Shown here piece after piece: positions 9,933-18,512 of a DNA stretch of 62,264 bases. The first letter of the stretch is position 1. Each line of letters starts with the position of its first letter. The stretch is from Escherichia coli (GTDB lineage: Bacteria; Pseudomonadota; Gammaproteobacteria; Enterobacterales; Enterobacteriaceae), in NCBI RefSeq assembly GCF_003334305.1, contig NZ_QOWS01000027.1. One strand, written 5' to 3'. The position numbers and the translations under genes were made by a program. The notes under the pieces are model-generated. The model did not search any database and had not been told where the DNA came from. It was given only the letters and a program-made list of their open reading frames with translations.

Positions 9933-10017
9933 GTAACATTATCCGGTTTTAACCATCTCATACACAGACCCTGGGACTTCAGTTCCAGGTCTTGCCGATA
10001 AGATTAAGGACGACTGC

Positions 10018-10605
10018 ATGTTACGACGCATGATCCTTTCGGTACTGTTTCTCTGGTGTGCAGTGGCTCAGGCTCTGCCATCAGCTTCTTTTCCACCACC
10101 GGGGATGACTTTGCCCGAGTACTGGGGAGAAGAACATGTCTGGTGGGATGGGCGGGCCAGCTTTAAAGGGCAGGTTATCGCTCCTGCCTGTACGCTGTCC
10201 ATGGAGGATGCCTGGCAGGAAATTGATATGGGAACCACGCCACTCAGGGACTTACAGAACAGTCCTGCCGGTCCCGAGAAGAAATTCCGGCTACGGCTAC
10301 GCAACTGTGAGCTTACAGGTGCAGGAAAGCAGGTCTATACGGCAACCCGGGTGCGTGTGACTTTTGATGGCATTCCCGGAGAAACACCGGACAAATTCTC
10401 GCTGACAGGTCAGGCTGAAGGTATAAATCTGCAGATTATGGATAATTACGGATATCCGGCGAGAGCAGGAAAAAGCATGCCACCTTTAATTCTCAGGGGG
10501 AATGAAGACGGGCTTGATTATTCTCTTCGCATTGTCAGAAATGGTTATCCATTAAAGGCTGGCGATTACTACGCTGCATTGCGTTTTAAACTGGACTACG
10601 AATAA
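10018..10605 (+). CDS. Fimbrial minor subunit (PapH-like anchor/terminator)
   Basis: 195 aa pilin-like with signal peptide and C-terminal FKLDYE strand; sits between the major subunit and usher as papH does. Confidence 0.55.
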   Translation: MLRRMILSVLFLWCAVAQALPSASFPPPGMTLPEYWGEEHVWWDGRASFKGQVIAPACTLSMEDAWQEIDMGTTPLRDLQNSPAGPEKKFRLRLRNCELTGAGKQVYTATRVRVTFDGIPGETPDKFSLTGQAEGINLQIMDNYGYPARAGKSMPPLILRGNEDGLDYSLRIVRNGYPLKAGDYYAALRFKLDYE

Positions 10606-10725
10606 ATACAACCGGAGTAGCCGGGCTCACTGCTATCAGCGATAGCGTTAATAATACATTCCTGAATGTTGAAGAGGGTTGGTTGCGCCCCTCAAAGTGT
10701 TTTTGTATTAAATCGGCTGCATATA

Positions 10726-13236
10726 ATGAAAAAAAATAAATCGACTTTTACCATCAATTTTATTACGTATTCATTGATGCTTTCTCTGGCAGGAGTGCCT
10801 GTCTATGCCGTCGATTTTAATACGGATGTTCTGGATGCCGCAGACAGACAGAATATTGATTTTTCCCGGTTCTCCCGGGCCGGCTATATTATGCCCGGAC
10901 AGTATCAGATGGAAATAAGGGTGAATGGTCAGGATATTTCACCATCGGCATTTCAGATTGCGTTTCTTGAACCACCTTTTTCGGATTCGGATAACGAGAA
11001 ACCGTTACCAGAACCCTGCCTGACACCGGAGATAGTCAGCCGGATGGGACTGACTGAGGCGTCACAGGAAAAAGTTACGTACTGGAATAACGGACAATGT
11101 GCGGATTTCCGACAGTTATCCGGAGTGGAGATACGCCCGAATCCGGCAGAAGGGATGCTGTACATCAATATGCCACAGGCCTGGCTGGAATATTCCGATG
11201 CCTCCTGGCTGCCGCCGTCCCGCTGGGATAACGGTATTCCCGGACTGTTGTTTGACTACAACATCAACGGGACAGTGAATAAGCCGCATCAGGGGAAACA
11301 GTCCCAGTCGCTGAACTATAACGGAACTGCGGGGGCTAACTTCGGTGCCTGGCGTCTGCGTGCGGACTATCAGGGCAACCTGAATCACACCACCGGCAGT
11401 GCGCAGGGGACGGACAGCCAGTTCACCTGGAGCCGTTTCTACATGTACCGCGCCATCCCGCGCTGGCGCGCAAATCTCACACTGGGTGAGAACTACATCA
11501 ATTCTGAGATTTTCAGCTCCTGGCGCTACACTGGTGCCAGTCTGGAAAGTGATGACCGCATGCTGCCGCCAAAACTGCGCGGTTATGCACCGCAGGTCTC
11601 AGGGATTGCGGATACGAATGCGCGTGTCGTGATTTCGCAGCAGGGACGCATACTCTATGACTCCACTGTGCCGGCAGGTCCGTTCACCATTCAGGACCTG
11701 GACAGCTCCGTGCGTGGCCGCCTGGATGTTGAAGTTATCGAGCAGGACGGGCGGAAAAAAACGTTCCAGGTGGACACGGCATATGTGCCGTATCTGACCC
11801 GTCCGGGCCAGGTTCGTTACAAGCTGGTTTCCGGTCGTTCGCGTACCTATGAGCACACCATGGAGGGTCCGGTCTTTGCTGCCGGTGAGGCATCCTGGGG
11901 TATCAGTAACACGTGGTCGCTTTATGGAGGCAGTATTGTTGCCGGGGATTATAACGCTCTGGCTGTGGGGCTGGGCCGGGACCTGAGTAAGTTCGGCACT
12001 GTTTCCGCTGACGTAACCCAGTCCGTGGCCCGTATACCGGGTTATGACACAAAACAGGGAAAATCCTGGCGTCTGAGCTATTCCAAACGTTTTGATGAAG
12101 TGAATACGGATATCACTTTTGCGGGTTACCGCTTCTCTGAACGCAATTACATGACGATGGACCAGTACCTCAATGCCCGTTACCGGAATGATTTTACGGG
12201 ACGTGAGAAGGAGCTGTACACCGTCACACTCAACAAGAACTTCGAGGACTGGAAGGCATCGGTCAATCTGCAGTACAGCCATCAGACTTACTGGGACCGC
12301 CGGACATCTGACTATTACACGCTGTCGGTGAACCGCTACTTCGATGCGTTCAGCTTTAAGAATATCGCGCTGGGGATATCTGCATCCCGTTCGAAATACC
12401 TGAACCGGGATAACGATTCGGCGTTTGTTCGTCTGTCCGTGCCGTGGGGAACCGGTACGGCCAGCTACAGCGGCAGCATGAGCAACGACCGTTACACCAA
12501 TACGGTGGGTTACAGCGACACACTGAATAACGGCCTGAGCAGTTACAGCCTGAATGCCGGCGTGAACAGTGGCGGTGGTCAGCCGTCACAACGGCAAATG
12601 AGTGCCTATTACAACCATAACGGTTCCCTGACAAATCTGTCAGCCAGTTTCTCTGCCGTGGAGAACGGATACAGCTCATTCGGGATGAGTGCATCGGGGG
12701 GGGCGACGGTCACGATGAAAGGAGCCGCGTTACATGCCGGAGGAATGAACGGAGGAACCCGTCTTCTGGTGGATACCGATGGTGTCGGAGGTGTGCCGGT
12801 TGACGGTGGTCGGGTTTATACCAACCGGTGGGGAATTGGTGTGGTGACGGATGTGAGCAGTTATTACCGCAACACCACATCAGTAGACCTGAACAAGCTG
12901 CCGGAAGATATGGAAGCCACCCGCTCGGTGGTGGAGTCGGTTCTGACGGAAGGGGCCATTGGTTATCGTGAGTTCGAAGTTCTGAAAGGTAGCCGTCTGT
13001 TTGCTGTGTTGCGGATGTCTGATAACAGCTATCCGCCCTTTGGTGCCAGCGTGACAAATGCGAAAGGCCGTGAATTGGGGATGGTGGCAGACAGCGGTCT
13101 GGCCTGGCTGAGCGGAGTGAATCCGGGAGAAACCCTGAACGTCGGCTGGGACGGCCGGACACAGTGTGTGGTGGACATCCCGGCACATCCGGACCCGGCA
13201 CAACAGTTGCTGCTGCCCTGTCGTCAGGTGAAGTGA
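10726..13236 (+). CDS. Fimbrial outer-membrane usher (PapC-like)
   Basis: ~836 aa from ATG at 10726 (track ORF starts at 10666); typical usher composition (YNxxG, repeated Gly/Ser-rich beta segments). Confidence 0.85.
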   Translation: MKKNKSTFTINFITYSLMLSLAGVPVYAVDFNTDVLDAADRQNIDFSRFSRAGYIMPGQYQMEIRVNGQDISPSAFQIAFLEPPFSDSDNEKPLPEPCLTPEIVSRMGLTEASQEKVTYWNNGQCADFRQLSGVEIRPNPAEGMLYINMPQAWLEYSDASWLPPSRWDNGIPGLLFDYNINGTVNKPHQGKQSQSLNYNGTAGANFGAWRLRADYQGNLNHTTGSAQGTDSQFTWSRFYMYRAIPRWRANLTLGENYINSEIFSSWRYTGASLESDDRMLPPKLRGYAPQVSGIADTNARVVISQQGRILYDSTVPAGPFTIQDLDSSVRGRLDVEVIEQDGRKKTFQVDTAYVPYLTRPGQVRYKLVSGRSRTYEHTMEGPVFAAGEASWGISNTWSLYGGSIVAGDYNALAVGLGRDLSKFGTVSADVTQSVARIPGYDTKQGKSWRLSYSKRFDEVNTDITFAGYRFSERNYMTMDQYLNARYRNDFTGREKELYTVTLNKNFEDWKASVNLQYSHQTYWDRRTSDYYTLSVNRYFDAFSFKNIALGISASRSKYLNRDNDSAFVRLSVPWGTGTASYSGSMSNDRYTNTVGYSDTLNNGLSSYSLNAGVNSGGGQPSQRQMSAYYNHNGSLTNLSASFSAVENGYSSFGMSASGGATVTMKGAALHAGGMNGGTRLLVDTDGVGGVPVDGGRVYTNRWGIGVVTDVSSYYRNTTSVDLNKLPEDMEATRSVVESVLTEGAIGYREFEVLKGSRLFAVLRMSDNSYPPFGASVTNAKGRELGMVADSGLAWLSGVNPGETLNVGWDGRTQCVVDIPAHPDPAQQLLLPCRQVK

Positions 13237-13304
13237 CGTTATACACGCCGGCGATCGTCTGTATATCCCGGCAGAAAAATGTAAAGAAACAGAGAGCAGA
13301 AAAT

Positions 13305-14036
13305 ATGCAGAAAATGAAACCGGCGCTGAAAAAAACGCTGATGGCGGTAGCGTGTCTGAGCGCAGTACCTGCAGCCCAGGCTGCTGTCTCCCTGGACCGC
13401 ACACGTGCGATTTTTAATGGCGATGAGAAATCGATGACACTGAATATCGCCAATGATAACAAACAGCTTCCCTATCTGGCCCAGGCATGGGTGGAGAATG
13501 AAAAGAAAGAAAAAATCACCACAGGCCCGATTATTGCCACTCCGCCAGTACAGCGTCTGGAACCCGGCTCAAAGAGTATGGTTCGTCTGACCAGTACACC
13601 TGACATCAGTCGCCTGCCACAGGACAGGGAATCCCTTTTTTACTTCAGTCTTCGGGAAATTCCCCCTAAAAGCGATAAAGCAAATGTGTTGCAGATAGCC
13701 CTGCAGACAAAAATAAAACTGTTTTATCGGCCTGAATCCATTAAAGCAAAGCCCAATGCGGTATGGCAGGATCAGTTGGTGCTGAATAAGACCAGTGGAG
13801 GGTATCGGATTGATAATCCGACACCGTATTACGTGACTGTAATTGGCATTGGCGGCAGCGAAAAGCAGGCCAGAGAAGGTGAATTTGATGCTGTGATGCT
13901 GGCACCGAAGTCAACGCAGATGGTGAAATCAGGAACATACAACACACCATACCTGAGTTACATCAATGACTACGGCGGACGTCCGGTGCTGCAGTTCTCC
14001 TGTGGTGGTAGCCGCTGTACCGCAGTGAAGAAATAA
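13305..14036 (+). CDS. Fimbrial periplasmic chaperone (PapD-like)
   Basis: 243 aa from ATG at 13305 (MQKMKPALKK signal peptide); immediately follows the usher. Confidence 0.85.
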   Translation: MQKMKPALKKTLMAVACLSAVPAAQAAVSLDRTRAIFNGDEKSMTLNIANDNKQLPYLAQAWVENEKKEKITTGPIIATPPVQRLEPGSKSMVRLTSTPDISRLPQDRESLFYFSLREIPPKSDKANVLQIALQTKIKLFYRPESIKAKPNAVWQDQLVLNKTSGGYRIDNPTPYYVTVIGIGGSEKQAREGEFDAVMLAPKSTQMVKSGTYNTPYLSYINDYGGRPVLQFSCGGSRCTAVKK

Positions 14037-14063
14037 GAAAGCAGGAAAAAGAATTGTCCGGAG

Positions 14064-14636
14064 GTGTCGGAGATGAACAGGGCAACGATAGGATTTTATC
14101 TGGCAGTTGTGCTGGGGAGTTGCAGTATGAACGGTGTCTCACAGGCGGATGAATTGTTGACGCGGGATGATTTTTTCGTAGCAGATGAAAGCCGTCATCA
14201 GTGGGTCACTGAGCACAATGGGCGGACAGGAGCTCTGAACGTCAAAGGTGCATTAGTGTCATCTCCGTGCATACTGGATACGCCAGAAGTTAACTTCCCC
14301 CTGCAGAAAGATAAAGGGAGATATGTACTCAATCTTAAGGTATCACGTTGTGGTGATGGGCATTCTGACATACCGGAACGCCAGTCAACAGAGCATGGGA
14401 ATATTGTTGTGAAGCAAAGCGCTGTGTTGAAAACAGGCAAAGATCAAATTCTGCTATCCGCATGGCGAAACGGTGGATTAAGTAGAAAGAATTTACAACA
14501 TGGTGATAATCAGATCACTTATTATATAAATGAAGCTCAATATCAAAAGATAGCTAAAACACAAATGCCTGTTACTGCGCATAAAACATCTGACAGTAAC
14601 AGGGGGGTAATGCATTTGAATATAATGTATGAATAG
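14064..14636 (+). CDS. Fimbrial assembly/minor protein (PapJ-like position)
   Basis: 190 aa with signal peptide; position after the chaperone as in pap/pix operons. Confidence 0.4.
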   Translation: MSEMNRATIGFYLAVVLGSCSMNGVSQADELLTRDDFFVADESRHQWVTEHNGRTGALNVKGALVSSPCILDTPEVNFPLQKDKGRYVLNLKVSRCGDGHSDIPERQSTEHGNIVVKQSAVLKTGKDQILLSAWRNGGLSRKNLQHGDNQITYYINEAQYQKIAKTQMPVTAHKTSDSNRGVMHLNIMYE

Positions 14637-14719
14637 GCACAGTACGCTGGCATCATTATTATCTCGTTGTGTCTTAATAACCATCTTGTTACCTCCTTGT
14701 TTTATATCAGGAGAAAGAT

Positions 14720-15238
14720 TTGAGAATAACAGTCTTTTTATTAACGTTCCTTTCCTTTTTATCTGATTTATGGGCAGTTGATATTCCAATCAACATCACG
14801 GGAACGATTATAATTCCGCCATGCCAGATAAATAACAGTAATCCTGTTGATGTTGATTTTGGTAATATCAGGGTGAGTGAACTTGACACAAAGGAACATA
14901 TCAAAGTAGTTAGTTTCCCGGTTTATTGTCCATATCATCAGGGCGAGGCATATGTAAAGATGACTGGACAGAGTATGACCGGGAAAGATAATGTTCTGGC
15001 GACAAATATTGATGGACTTGGAATTGAACTTTATCAGGGGGGGGAGGGAACTGGAAACCATCTTATCTTAGGTAGTGACTCATCCGGGTATGGATACGAA
15101 GTTATTAATGCGCTCTCTGAAAAAAATGTTGAGAGGACGACGTTCACGTTTACAGCAAAAATATATAAGGCTGAAGGTGTTACAATTAATAGCGGGGAGT
15201 TTAGTGCCAGTGCACTTATAAACATAGTTTATTTGTGA
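14720..15238 (+). CDS. Minor fimbrial subunit (adaptor pilin, PapF/PapK-like)
   Basis: 172 aa pilin-like; signal peptide, Cys pair, C-terminal strand ALINIVYL. Confidence 0.6.
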   Translation: MRITVFLLTFLSFLSDLWAVDIPINITGTIIIPPCQINNSNPVDVDFGNIRVSELDTKEHIKVVSFPVYCPYHQGEAYVKMTGQSMTGKDNVLATNIDGLGIELYQGGEGTGNHLILGSDSSGYGYEVINALSEKNVERTTFTFTAKIYKAEGVTINSGEFSASALINIVYL

Positions 15239-15260
15239 GTTTAGTTTTTAGAGATTACAT

Positions 15261-16253
15261 ATGAAATATGTCAAAAAAATATTGGGAATATCTTTCTTTT
15301 CTTTACTCCCATTATCTGCAGAAGCCGAAAGCTACTGTAACCTCCTTTGGGCGAATAATACTCTACCAAGTGCCTCAGTCAATGTCAGTTTTGATGGCAA
15401 TACATCCGGGATTTTTCCTCTCAATTTACAGGCGGGGGGCTTGTCAACTGTAATAAAAAGAGCTGCAAAAAATATGGATACTTTTGTAACGCTTGATGGA
15501 ACTTATCGATACTGGATACAGTATCCGGAAGCATGGCAGACAACCCCTGACGGACTAAAATATCGAATAACCAGCGAACTGGAGGTTTCGGGCACTCAAA
15601 CTGCAGGTGTCAAAACAGTTGTAACGCCTGTAGGTTACCATACATGGGTAAATACATACGGATGCAGGGATGTCGGGGGAACTTATGATTTTGGGGTTGC
15701 ATCTGTCAGTGGGGTGAATATTGAAATAGACAGGGGCACTGCATGGCCGGGGGTTTATTCTATACAGTTACCAGTAAAAGTTGCATATGAAGAGAATAAA
15801 GGGAATTATGACGGTAAAAATGGCGGAGGCTGGCAAGAATTTCCTGTATCCATGAAATCTTTTTCTCCGGTAGACTCTAAAGGCATCAGCATAACGATAA
15901 GCTCAAAGTGTAATGTTGGTGAACAAAGTTTGAGTGTTAATATGGGGGATAATATTACTCCGGATGAAGCAAAATCAGGTGTGGAGAAAAAGGTTAATTT
16001 TTCTCTTACTTGTAATGCCCCGGCAAAGGTATCACTATCTCTTAAAGGTACCGATATCGTCGATGGGGTCAATAACAAAACAAAATGTGGTTCTGGTAGC
16101 TGCTCTCTGAATTTTGATAATGATAGTTCATCTAAAATTCTGGAAGTAAATCAAGGAACATATCAGGTGCCGATTACAGTACGTTTTCAGGACGCAAACC
16201 CCGTTGCCGGAGGGTTTGATGGTAGTGCTGTATTATCCGTTGATATTCTATAA
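15261..16253 (+). CDS. Putative fimbrial tip adhesin (two-domain, PapG/PixG-like)
   Basis: 330 aa with signal peptide; size and last-structural-gene position typical of a tip adhesin; C-terminal pilin-like domain. Confidence 0.5.
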   Translation: MKYVKKILGISFFSLLPLSAEAESYCNLLWANNTLPSASVNVSFDGNTSGIFPLNLQAGGLSTVIKRAAKNMDTFVTLDGTYRYWIQYPEAWQTTPDGLKYRITSELEVSGTQTAGVKTVVTPVGYHTWVNTYGCRDVGGTYDFGVASVSGVNIEIDRGTAWPGVYSIQLPVKVAYEENKGNYDGKNGGGWQEFPVSMKSFSPVDSKGISITISSKCNVGEQSLSVNMGDNITPDEAKSGVEKKVNFSLTCNAPAKVSLSLKGTDIVDGVNNKTKCGSGSCSLNFDNDSSSKILEVNQGTYQVPITVRFQDANPVAGGFDGSAVLSVDIL

Positions 16254-16305
16254 TATATATTGATGTAGTCTTGCTGATTAACAAATAAATAAAGGAGTAC
16301 TTCAA

Positions 16306-17088
16306 GTGTTTAATGATATCAGAGGTGACGTCACATCGGGTTCTGATAGTTTATTGCAGGCAATACAGAAACGAGAATTCAAACCATACATTCAGCCTAT
16401 TGTTTGTGCCAGCAACCATAAAATTATTGGTGGCGAGTTGCTTGTCCGTTGGCATACATCTCATAGAGGAGTAATTTATCCAGATAGTTTTATAGATAAT
16501 ATGGAGAAAGCTGGGATTCTGTCTGAGCTTACTTGTTCTATAATCAATGAGGTGGTTGTTAATTTTGATGGTGAGAATAAATTTAATGGTGAGGATTTTA
16601 TTCTTCACGTAAATGTCGCTCCATCTCTATTGCATAATAAAAAATTCATATCCACCTGTATAAACGCTGCAAAAAAAAACAACCTGTCATTAGTTCTTGA
16701 ATTAACTGAACAGTATTTTTTTACTGTGGATAGCAAAACCATATCCACCTTTCATTGTCTAAAGGAGTCGGGTGTGCAATTTGCTTTAGATGATTTTGGG
16801 ACGGGGTATTCAAACTTATTTTATCTAAAATATTTTACAGTGGATTTTATAAAAGTAGATAAGATGTTTACCCAGGATTTAGAAGGTTGTAAACAGTCTC
16901 GTTACATTATAGAAGCAATTCTTGAATTATCCAGGAAGTTAAATATAAAAACTATCGTGGAAGGAGTTGAAACCATGGAGTTAGTAAATAAATTAATGTT
17001 GCTGGGGGTTGATTATTTTCAAGGTTATTACTTTGGTCAGGCTATTGAGCTATGTTCGTTTATTAGAGAATATAGAAAGACTGTATAG
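16306..17088 (+). CDS. EAL-domain protein (putative c-di-GMP phosphodiesterase), fimbria-associated (SfaY/PapY-like)
   Basis: 260 aa; EAL signature residues present (ELLVRW, NVAP, ELTE, DDFGTGYS, KVD, EGVE, QGYYFG); GTG start preceded by AAGGAG. Confidence 0.8.
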   Translation: MFNDIRGDVTSGSDSLLQAIQKREFKPYIQPIVCASNHKIIGGELLVRWHTSHRGVIYPDSFIDNMEKAGILSELTCSIINEVVVNFDGENKFNGEDFILHVNVAPSLLHNKKFISTCINAAKKNNLSLVLELTEQYFFTVDSKTISTFHCLKESGVQFALDDFGTGYSNLFYLKYFTVDFIKVDKMFTQDLEGCKQSRYIIEAILELSRKLNIKTIVEGVETMELVNKLMLLGVDYFQGYYFGQAIELCSFIREYRKTV

Positions 17089-17152
17089 TGATCTTGTTTG
17101 CTAATCTGTGTAAGTGACTTTTCTTAAAAATGCTCGAGTACACATTCCCGTT

Positions 17153-17851
17153 TTAGTTCCATGCATTTTTTGAGATCCCGGCCAAATAATGGTGCTGACG
17201 ATATTCCTCTGGCATCATATTGTTTAGTGATTCATACGGGCGTTCACAGTTATATTCTGACACCCATCTTTCAGTGATTTCCCGCACTTCATTCAGTGTT
17301 CTGAACAGATAAAAATCGAGTATTTCTGTACGGTATGTCCTGTTAAAACGCTCGATGAAAGCGTTCTGCGTCGGCTTACCCGGCTGGATAAACTCCAGTT
17401 TTACTGCATGTTTCTCTGCCCATTCAGCCAGTGCCAGTGAGATAAATTCCGGACCATTATCCATACGTAGCATGACCGGATAGCCACGGTTTGACGCGAT
17501 CCTGTTGAGTACACGAACCACTCGCAGAGCTGGCAGATTCAGATCGATTTCAATCGACAACGCCTCACGGTTAAAGTCATCAACGACATTAAACGTGCGA
17601 AAACGACGGCCACAGACTAGGGCATCATGCATAAAATCGACAGACCAGCTCTGGTTCAGCGCTTCCGGCGTGGCCAGTGGCGAGGGATTACGCACCAGCA
17701 ACCGCTGTTTGCCCTTACGGCGAAAGTTCAGCTTCAGCAGACAATAAATACGATGGATCCTTTTGTGATTCCACGGGTATCCCTGCCGCCGCAAAACCTG
17801 GAAAAGTTTCGGAAAACCGTATCGTGGGTATCGCTCTGCCACTGCCTGCAA
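17153..17851 (-). CDS. IS3-family transposase OrfB (DDE integrase core), expressed by -1 frameshift from orfA
   Basis: DDE-region motifs (NGPEF, QNAFIERFNRTYRTE, ERPYESL); true coding region extends upstream to the slippery site near 18004. Confidence 0.8.
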   Translation of the reverse strand: MQAVAERYPRYGFPKLFQVLRRQGYPWNHKRIHRIYCLLKLNFRRKGKQRLLVRNPSPLATPEALNQSWSVDFMHDALVCGRRFRTFNVVDDFNREALSIEIDLNLPALRVVRVLNRIASNRGYPVMLRMDNGPEFISLALAEWAEKHAVKLEFIQPGKPTQNAFIERFNRTYRTEILDFYLFRTLNEVREITERWVSEYNCERPYESLNNMMPEEYRQHHYLAGISKNAWN

Positions 17852-17984
17852 AGCGACAATAACGAGTTCGTCAGGCGTGGTATCCGGGCGGTAATGGTAA
17901 ACCGTTCTGCTCAGGTTCAGACTCCGGCAGGCCTGACGGATACTGAGTCCGAACGTCGTTATCAGATGAGTAACCAGCTCACGC

Positions 17985-18263
17985 TTAAAGGCTAGTTTTA
18001 AAGCTTTTTTCGATAACGTCTTTCAGCGCCCTGTTCTCAAGACTCAGGTCGGCAAACATCTGTTTGAGACGTGGGTTCTCGTCCTCAAGATCCTTGATCT
18101 TTTTAATATCAGAAGCCTCCATGCCACCGTATCTGGACTTCCAGTTGTAGTAGGTGGCTTCAGAAATACCGGCCTCCCGGCAGACATCTTTAACGGTTCG
18201 TCCGGCTTCAACTGACTTAATCACAGCGATGATCTGATGCTCAGTAAAACGGGCTTTACGCAT
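17985..18263 (-). CDS. IS3-family transposase OrfA (HTH)
   Basis: 92 aa, MRKARFTEHQIIAVIKSVEAGRTVKDVCREAGISEATYYNWKSRYGG; strong SD GAAGGAG upstream. Confidence 0.85.
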   Translation of the reverse strand: MRKARFTEHQIIAVIKSVEAGRTVKDVCREAGISEATYYNWKSRYGGMEASDIKKIKDLEDENPRLKQMFADLSLENRALKDVIEKSFKTSL

Positions 18264-18474
18264 AGCGATCTCCTTCGTTAGCAGATTGATTATGCCGGAT
18301 GATCTCTAAATATGAATGGCACGATTATGCGGGATACTTACACCCCCGGGCCACCATTTCTCGCCATATCCGGCTGGTATTATAATTACCTCTTTCTCGT
18401 TGTGTAAAAGCCAGCTCAAGGACTGAAAGCCTTAAAATACATGCTATTAACAAATATTAAAAGAGAATAACCTT

Positions 18475-18502
18475 GAGTGCCCTATAGGACTTTAGGGCAC
18501 TC
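18475..18502 (-). terminator. Putative terminator hairpin downstream of the large helicase gene
   Basis: Perfect inverted repeat gagtgcccta...tagggcactc just 3' of the stop at 18513; weak T-tract. Confidence 0.4.
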
Positions 18503-18512
18503 AATACTGCTA

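Larger units (their letters stand above)
17107..18345 (-). mobile_element. IS3-family insertion sequence (IS407-group-like), ~1.24 kb
   Basis: orfA and orfB in -1 frame arrangement with an A6G slippery heptamer at 18004-18010; termini share TGTAAGT tips; boundaries approximate. Confidence 0.75.

Noticed and set aside
11599-12282. 227-aa minus-strand ORF inside the usher gene
   Set aside because: Antisense to a conserved usher coding region; no independent support.
12710-13462. 250-aa and 174-aa minus-strand ORFs overlapping the usher and chaperone genes
   Set aside because: Antisense to well-supported fimbrial genes, low-complexity Pro/Ser/Arg/Cys-rich translation, no start context; typical spurious ORFs.
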